Part shown: positions 58,696 to 64,000 of the stretch, in pieces
Position numbering within the stretch: the stretch's first letter is position 1
Layout: every line of letters starts with the position of its first letter
From: Candidatus Saccharimonadia bacterium
GTDB lineage: Bacteria; Patescibacteriota; Saccharimonadia; UBA4664; JBBRNT01
Length of the DNA: 64,000 bases
Assembly (NCBI GenBank): GCA_038230095.1
Contig: JBBRNT010000002.1
Span: 37,341-101,340, forward strand
Direction: 5' to 3'
Notes under the pieces: model-generated
The model's database searches: none
Told to the model about the DNA's origin: nothing
The model's input: only the letters and a program-made list of their open reading frames with translations
Position numbers and translations under genes: made by a program

Positions 58696-61068
58696 GTGAG
58701 GGCGGTAATGCCAAATAGGCCAGCAAAACAGCTAGATGCCGCCGGGGCGGCGAACAATTCGCCCATCGCGATAGACTTCGCGCGCATTCAGGAGCTGCTT
58801 CCCACTGGTCTACTGGTATTTGATACTGAACTGGTTCTGACATACTTCAATGCCAAGACCCGTGAGCTACTAGGCTGTGTGGATGCGGACCAGGGGCTGG
58901 CTCTTGAAGAGGTAGCCAAACGGCTTGTGAACCGTAGCCCTGGCAGTATGGCGGCGTTTGTGGGGCAGATGCGGCTGGCAGTGGAGCAATCTAGAAAGGG
59001 TACCTCGACCAATACTGAGCTGGAGGTGGACACAGCAGGTGTGAGTCGGCACTTGCAGATGATAGTCATCCCTGACGGTGCCAAGGCCCCCTATGGAGCT
59101 CTAGTGAGCTTACGAGACGTTACTGAGCTGGTTATTAATCAACAGAAAATGGCAGTATTGTCGGCCAATATTGGTGAAGGGGTGGTGTTTCTAGACCCTC
59201 AGGGAATTGTGACTGATTGCAATGATGAGTGGCTTCAGCTCTTCGAGCTGGATGGGCCAATTGTGGGAGAGCCGGTGGCAGATGTTTTAGCTGCTGCCCA
59301 GCGCATAGAGTACGATCAGGATCAGGAGCACATTGCCGCAAATGTACTTGCTGGTAAACGGACCAATGTATACGCACACTTGAAACAAAGTAACCGCCAT
59401 ATGCAGATTGTGGTAACCCCGGTGCTGGTTGGCGGCGAGATCAGTCTCATCCTCGCTACCGCCCGTGACATTACGGCCCTGATTGAGAAAACTATTGAGG
59501 CCAATGACATGGCCCGGCGCGCTCAGCGGCACCTACGCGAACTCAGCGAGCTAGCTGAGTTATCATCTATTATCGGCTTTAACAATGACCAGACTTACCA
59601 GAAGTACATTAATAAGACCGCCTCACTCCTACAGTCGAGCGGTGTAGCAATCTATATCTACCGTCCGGGTAGCCAGCAGCTGGTGCGGGTGGGTGCCTCG
59701 GATGAGCACCTACTCCCGGAGCGGATTAGTTTGGTCGATGATAGCCCGGTTGCCAAGTGCTATGTGACGGCTAGGACAGTGGGGTGGTACATAGAGACAG
59801 GGAATGGTTCCGGCCACTACCTGGCGGTGCCTATTGCTGTGTCCTCAAAGACACTGGGCGTCATAGTGGTCGACGGCCGTACTCGTCCTTATGGCGAGCA
59901 CGACATACGCCTACTTAAGCTAGTAGCGACCCGGCTGGCGGTACTGGTGGAGAATATTAATCTCTACGAGGACGTAAATGCCCGGCGCGAGCGCTGGGAG
60001 GCGGTATTCCAGTTTACCGATGAGGGGATTGTCATTTTCGATCGGCACTCGCGGATTGTGGGCTTTAACCCCGCCTCGGTACGGATTACCCGCTATTCAC
60101 TGGCGGAGGCACTGGGGCAGCCATTTACTAAGGTGGTGCGACCAGTGTCAGAGGAGGGCGTGGACATGTCTATGGCCTCACCCATACGCAAAGTTCTGGG
60201 CGAGGGAGCAGCTATTACCGACGCCGAGCAGCTGCTAGCTACTAAGAACGGCGACCAGGTCTGGACCCAGATTAGCTACTCGCCGGTGTTTGACTCGAGC
60301 GGGCGGGTGACTAGCGGCATTGCCATTATCCATGACGTCCAGAAAGATCGAGAGATTGAGGAGATTAAAAGTGACTTTATCTCGATTGTATCGCACGAGC
60401 TGCGGACGCCACTGACGGCTATTAAAGGCTTCCTATCCATGATTATCCAAAAGGACTTTGGTGATCTGAATGAGAAGCAGTTCCACTTCCTGTCGCGTGT
60501 GTACCAGAGCAATCAACGGATGATAGATCTGGTAGAGGACATTCTTGATGTAAGCTCTATTGAGTCCGGTAAGATTAAGCTCAACCCCCAGCCGCTGGCT
60601 ATAGAGGGCCTAGTGAATGAGGTAGTGACCGAGCTGGCTAGCAAGGGCTTTGAGCGCCAGATCATGCTGAAGTTGGGCCGGCGCAAGAAGCTACCGTTGA
60701 TCCTAGCCGACGAAGTGCGCCTGCGCCAAGTCATGATCAATCTAGTGGACAATGCAATTAAGTACTCTCTGCCTAACACGGTAGTAAGCGTGGATCTTAA
60801 AGTAGTGGGGGAAGAGCTGGTCGTGAGCATAGCGGACCAAGGGGTGGGTATAAGCCCAGCCAACTTCGAGCGGCTGTTTACAAAGTTTGGCCGCGTCTAC
60901 AACCCGATGAGCCTGCAAGCTGGTGGTACCGGGCTGGGACTCTATATTGTGAAGAACCTGGTGGAGTCGCACGGTGGACGCATCTGGGTAACCAGCCGCG
61001 AGGGCAAGGGCTCGAAATTTAGCTTTAGCCTGCCACTGGCCCGCCAACTGCCGCTTCTCGGTAGCTAG
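58696..61068 (+). CDS. Multi-sensor (PAS/GAF) histidine kinase
   Basis: H-box (FISIVSHELRTPLTAIKGF), N, G1 and G2 boxes (GTGLGLYIVKNLVESHGGRIWV). About 500 aa of N-terminal PAS/GAF-like sensor. Confidence 0.85.
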   Translation: MRAVMPNRPAKQLDAAGAANNSPIAIDFARIQELLPTGLLVFDTELVLTYFNAKTRELLGCVDADQGLALEEVAKRLVNRSPGSMAAFVGQMRLAVEQSRKGTSTNTELEVDTAGVSRHLQMIVIPDGAKAPYGALVSLRDVTELVINQQKMAVLSANIGEGVVFLDPQGIVTDCNDEWLQLFELDGPIVGEPVADVLAAAQRIEYDQDQEHIAANVLAGKRTNVYAHLKQSNRHMQIVVTPVLVGGEISLILATARDITALIEKTIEANDMARRAQRHLRELSELAELSSIIGFNNDQTYQKYINKTASLLQSSGVAIYIYRPGSQQLVRVGASDEHLLPERISLVDDSPVAKCYVTARTVGWYIETGNGSGHYLAVPIAVSSKTLGVIVVDGRTRPYGEHDIRLLKLVATRLAVLVENINLYEDVNARRERWEAVFQFTDEGIVIFDRHSRIVGFNPASVRITRYSLAEALGQPFTKVVRPVSEEGVDMSMASPIRKVLGEGAAITDAEQLLATKNGDQVWTQISYSPVFDSSGRVTSGIAIIHDVQKDREIEEIKSDFISIVSHELRTPLTAIKGFLSMIIQKDFGDLNEKQFHFLSRVYQSNQRMIDLVEDILDVSSIESGKIKLNPQPLAIEGLVNEVVTELASKGFERQIMLKLGRRKKLPLILADEVRLRQVMINLVDNAIKYSLPNTVVSVDLKVVGEELVVSIADQGVGISPANFERLFTKFGRVYNPMSLQAGGTGLGLYIVKNLVESHGGRIWVTSREGKGSKFSFSLPLARQLPLLGS

Positions 61069-61125
61069 ACTTGGCGGGAGTGGATGATTCTTGGTATACT
61101 AGGAGTCTAGTAAGTGGAGGCAGTT

Positions 61126-61503
61126 ATGGCGCAGATTATGCTCGTCGAAGACGACGCGGTGCTGGTGGAAATGTATGCGGCGAAGTTTGAATTGGAAGGC
61201 CATGAGACTATTGTGGCAACCGATGGCGAGATGTGCCTGAGGCTGCTAGAGACGGTGAAGCCGGACATTATCCTGCTGGATATTCTCATGCCTAAGATGA
61301 ACGGCTTCCACGTGCTTAAAGAGATTAAGAAGCGCACTGAGCTGCGCAATGTACCGGTGATCCTCCTGACCAACCTGGGCGAGGCCGAAGTAGACATGAA
61401 CCAAGAACTGGCACACGCCCTGGGAGTACACGACTACCTCATTAAGAGTCATCATACGCCGGATGAAGTGATCGCCAAGGTCAAGAAGGCCGTTGGTATC
61501 TAG
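61126..61503 (+). CDS. Single-domain (CheY-like) response regulator
   Basis: Receiver motifs (MLVEDD, ILLDILMP, phospho-acceptor D). No output domain. Confidence 0.8.
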   Translation: MAQIMLVEDDAVLVEMYAAKFELEGHETIVATDGEMCLRLLETVKPDIILLDILMPKMNGFHVLKEIKKRTELRNVPVILLTNLGEAEVDMNQELAHALGVHDYLIKSHHTPDEVIAKVKKAVGI

Positions 61504-62042
61504 TGGCCAAGGCCATCCTCATTCACGGTAATGGGGGATCCACTTCCGGCGACATCTGGCTACCATACCTGGAGCGTGAGCTGTCGGATCTAGGAATTGA
61601 GACTATCAACCGGACGTTTCCAGATAATGAGAAAGCCTCAATGCGTATCTGGTTGCCATTTATTACCGAGCTGGGTGCGGGTGAGGATACTATTCTGATT
61701 GGGCACTCTTCTGGGGCAGAGGCAGCTATGCGCTACGCCGAGGGGCACCAGCTCCTGGGATCGGTGCTGGTGGGCGCCTGCTATACCGACCTGGGTGATA
61801 GTGGGGAAAAGGCTAGCGGCTACTACACCGCCGCGTGGCAATGGGACAAAATACGCCAGAATCAGCAGTGGATTGCGGTATTTGGCTCCACCGATGATCC
61901 CTATATTCCCGTGACAGAGCAACGCCTTGTAGCCAAGAGCCTGCACGCCAACTACTTTGAGTACACTGACCGTGGGCACTTTATGGGCAGCCGGGAGTTC
62001 CCAGAGATAGTGGCGTTTGTGAAGAAGAAGCTAGGGCTGTAG
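61503..62042 (+). CDS. RBBP9/YdeN-family alpha/beta serine hydrolase
   Basis: ILIHGNGGS...LIGHSSGAE (GxSxG nucleophile elbow). ~180 aa. Confidence 0.7.
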   Translation: MAKAILIHGNGGSTSGDIWLPYLERELSDLGIETINRTFPDNEKASMRIWLPFITELGAGEDTILIGHSSGAEAAMRYAEGHQLLGSVLVGACYTDLGDSGEKASGYYTAAWQWDKIRQNQQWIAVFGSTDDPYIPVTEQRLVAKSLHANYFEYTDRGHFMGSREFPEIVAFVKKKLGL

Positions 62043-62108
62043 GGAGTTCAATAACTTGCGAAGACTTTAACTGGTCGGTACATTGACCATAAGTGGTACA
62101 ATACGCTT

Positions 62109-62828
62109 ATGTCAATGTACAAAACTCGCGGCATTGTGCTGCGCCGGTACAATCTGGGAGAAGCGGATCGCATTATCCACTTTCTCACGCCCGATAGGGG
62201 TAAGGTCCGGGCGGTGAGCCGTGGTATTCGTAAGATTGGTAGTCGGCAGGCTGGACACCTAGAGCTGTTTGCCGAGGCCGATCTCATGCTGGCCGAAGGG
62301 CGCAACCTAGACATTGTGACTTCAGCCCGGCTGGTGCGTTACGACGACGGCTTGGTGGCCGACTATGAGCGGCTGCGTCTGGCCTACCTAGCGGCAGAAA
62401 TGCTGGACAAGCTGACCGATGACTCTTCGGAAGCTGGTCCGGGGCTGTATGAGATTGCCAGCAACCTGTACCGGGAGCTGCCCACGACCACCAATATTAA
62501 TCTGCTAGAGCTTGAGTTTAAGCTCAAAATGGCTGATGATCTAGGGTATAGACCGGTCATGGCGGCCTGCACCAATTGTGGGGCTTCGGATGAGGGTAGG
62601 AGCTACCACTTTAGCCCAGCTCAGGGTGGGCTCGTCTGCCAGGCGCACGCCGGGGGTGATGCTCCTGCCATGAGCCATACACAGGTAAAGCTCTGGCGCA
62701 TCCTACTCGACCACAAGGGCGTACAAGTGCAGGATGCGGGCTTGGCAGGTGAGGGGATAGGTCTAGTAAACCAATTTTATGATTACGTGTTTGGCCGGCA
62801 ATTTGTTTCGGCGGCCATGCTCGGATAG
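62109..62828 (+). CDS. recO: DNA repair protein RecO
   Basis: N-terminal OB fold (KTRGIVLRRYNLGEADRII), C-terminal CxxC...C..H zinc motif. Extended -10 TGgTACAAT ends 6 nt before the ATG. Confidence 0.85.
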   Translation: MSMYKTRGIVLRRYNLGEADRIIHFLTPDRGKVRAVSRGIRKIGSRQAGHLELFAEADLMLAEGRNLDIVTSARLVRYDDGLVADYERLRLAYLAAEMLDKLTDDSSEAGPGLYEIASNLYRELPTTTNINLLELEFKLKMADDLGYRPVMAACTNCGASDEGRSYHFSPAQGGLVCQAHAGGDAPAMSHTQVKLWRILLDHKGVQVQDAGLAGEGIGLVNQFYDYVFGRQFVSAAMLG

Positions 62829-62834
62829 GAGTCA

Positions 62835-63143
62835 ATGAAGCCCGAGAAATCAGAACTAGAATTCCAGCTGGCGGACTACGAGCGAACGGGGCGTGACGCA
62901 CCAGACCGGATTATAGCGACCCCCGAGTCTTGTGAGGGCATGCTTATGACGGACGATGAGATTTTCGACTACTGCAAGGACAGCCTAGCCGTCATCCGCG
63001 TTATGGTAGAGCGCAACCCGGAGCGCGCAGTGCAACTACGAGCAGAGTTTTTGACCGATGCCAGTTTTTTGCTTAGAATAGCCAGAATCAAGCCCGAAGA
63101 GTACGAAATGTTAACCGTAGAATCAGGAGCTAGAGAAGCATGA
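62835..63143 (+). CDS. Hypothetical protein (102 aa)
   Basis: ORF between recO and glyQS, overlapping the glyQS start by 4 nt. No motif recognised. Confidence 0.4.
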   Translation: MKPEKSELEFQLADYERTGRDAPDRIIATPESCEGMLMTDDEIFDYCKDSLAVIRVMVERNPERAVQLRAEFLTDASFLLRIARIKPEEYEMLTVESGAREA

Positions 63144-64000
63144 GCGAGCAGAAGAAAACGGCCAGTATGGAAGAGCTCGTAGGCCTGTCAAAGCGCCGCG
63201 GTTTTGTGTTCCAAACTAGCGAAATCTACGGTGGGCTCTCGGGCTTCTGGGACTACGGGCCGTACGGCGCTGAGCTGGTCAAAAACATTAAGGATGCCTG
63301 GTGGAAGGCTTTTGTCTACCGCCATACCAACGTGGTGGGCCTGGACAGTGCAATTATTCAAAACCCACTACTATGGAAGACCAGCGGCCATGTGGATACT
63401 TTCGTGGACCCCATGATTGACTGTAAGAACTGTAAACATCGGTTCCGTGCTGACCATGTCGCGGACATTGACTCAGGTGACCTCGCCGTACTCGCCAAGG
63501 CGCTAGAGGGTAAGGCCTGCCCCAACTGTGGCAAAACGGGGACGTTTACCGAGCCGCGCCACTTTAATATGATGTTTAAGACGTATGTGGGACCGGCAGC
63601 TGACGACGCCAGCGTGGCCTATCTGCGCCCCGAGACGGCAGGCGGCATATTTGCCCAGTTTGATAATGTCCGCGAGACCACCCGGCAGCGTATACCATTC
63701 GGCATTGCTCAGATAGGCAAAGCCTTCCGCAACGAGATTACCCCGGGCGACTTCGTGTTCCGGGTACGCGAACTCGAACAGATGGAGCTGGAGTACTTTA
63801 TCCACCCCGACTCTGGTGACGAGCAGTATGCCTACTGGAAGAAGTTCTGTATGGAGTGGTTGCTTTCAATTGGCTTATCTAAGGAGAACCTGCAGTACCA
63901 CGACCATGCTGATGATGAGCGGGCGCACTATGCCGCAGCGTCAGTGGACATTCAATACAAATTCCCATTTGGCTCCAAGGAGCTGTATGGTATTGCCAAC
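63140..64000 (+). CDS. glyQS: Glycyl-tRNA synthetase (dimeric, class-II glyQS type); 5' part, continues beyond the window
   Basis: RRGFVFQTSEIYGGLSGFWDYGPYG...WWK..V is the canonical alpha2 GlyRS N-terminus. Zinc-ribbon insertion CKNCKHRF..CPNCG. Confidence 0.85.
   Translation, partial: MSEQKKTASMEELVGLSKRRGFVFQTSEIYGGLSGFWDYGPYGAELVKNIKDAWWKAFVYRHTNVVGLDSAIIQNPLLWKTSGHVDTFVDPMIDCKNCKHRFRADHVADIDSGDLAVLAKALEGKACPNCGKTGTFTEPRHFNMMFKTYVGPAADDASVAYLRPETAGGIFAQFDNVRETTRQRIPFGIAQIGKAFRNEITPGDFVFRVRELEQMELEYFIHPDSGDEQYAYWKKFCMEWLLSIGLSKENLQYHDHADDERAHYAAASVDIQYKFPFGSKELYGIAN

Overview
This is a gene-dense, largely co-linear stretch of bacterial chromosome with about 55% GC. Almost all of it is housekeeping.

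Genes I recognise:
- Translation: ileS, proS, serS, a class-I lysK, the start of a glyQS-type gene, prfA-prmC, prfB, rplU, rpmA, rpmE, rpsB-tsf-frr, hpf and greA.
- Cell envelope and division: mreBCD-mrdA, a SEDS (RodA/FtsW) gene, ftsEX flanked by an M23 hydrolase and a CHAP hydrolase, ctpA, lepB, an LCP-family (LytR-CpsA-Psr) gene, uppS, rseP, and an LPXTG surface protein.
- Chromosome and nucleotide housekeeping: parAB, secA, pyrG, xseAB, recO and the tail of a class-II ribonucleotide reductase.
- Regulation: a histidine kinase with a receiver-only response regulator, and two tandem FHA-domain proteins.

The envelope genes (LPXTG, LCP, a PcsB-like hydrolase, a T-box on ileS) point to a Gram-positive-type (monoderm-like) cell envelope. 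The class-I LysRS, the missing pyrH/cdsA in the rpsB cluster and the split rplU/rpmA are compatible with a reduced, possibly Patescibacteria-like genome. That is my inference, not something the sequence proves.

The clearest non-housekeeping signal is at about 37.1-41.6 kb. A strong sigma70-like promoter and a roughly 420-nt structured leader precede three translationally coupled ORFans. These three have much higher GC3 (GC at the third codon position) and a different codon usage from their neighbours. I read them as a horizontally acquired module of unknown function. A fourth small Cys-rich ORF of the same composition sits at 32.2 kb.

Other points of note:
- An M23 peptidase whose two catalytic half-motifs appear in swapped order.
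- A class-I LysRS fused to a B3/4-like domain.
- A promoter, 30-aa micro-ORF or sRNA, and terminator unit, followed by a tRNA-like T-arm that I could not fold into a canonical tRNA.
- A glutaredoxin/NrdH-like protein without its CxxC, next to the reductase gene.
- Several perfect intergenic palindromes and near-consensus TTGACA-N17-TATAAT-type promoters, some placed so that the mRNA would be leaderless.

I saw no CRISPR array, transposase or integrase.
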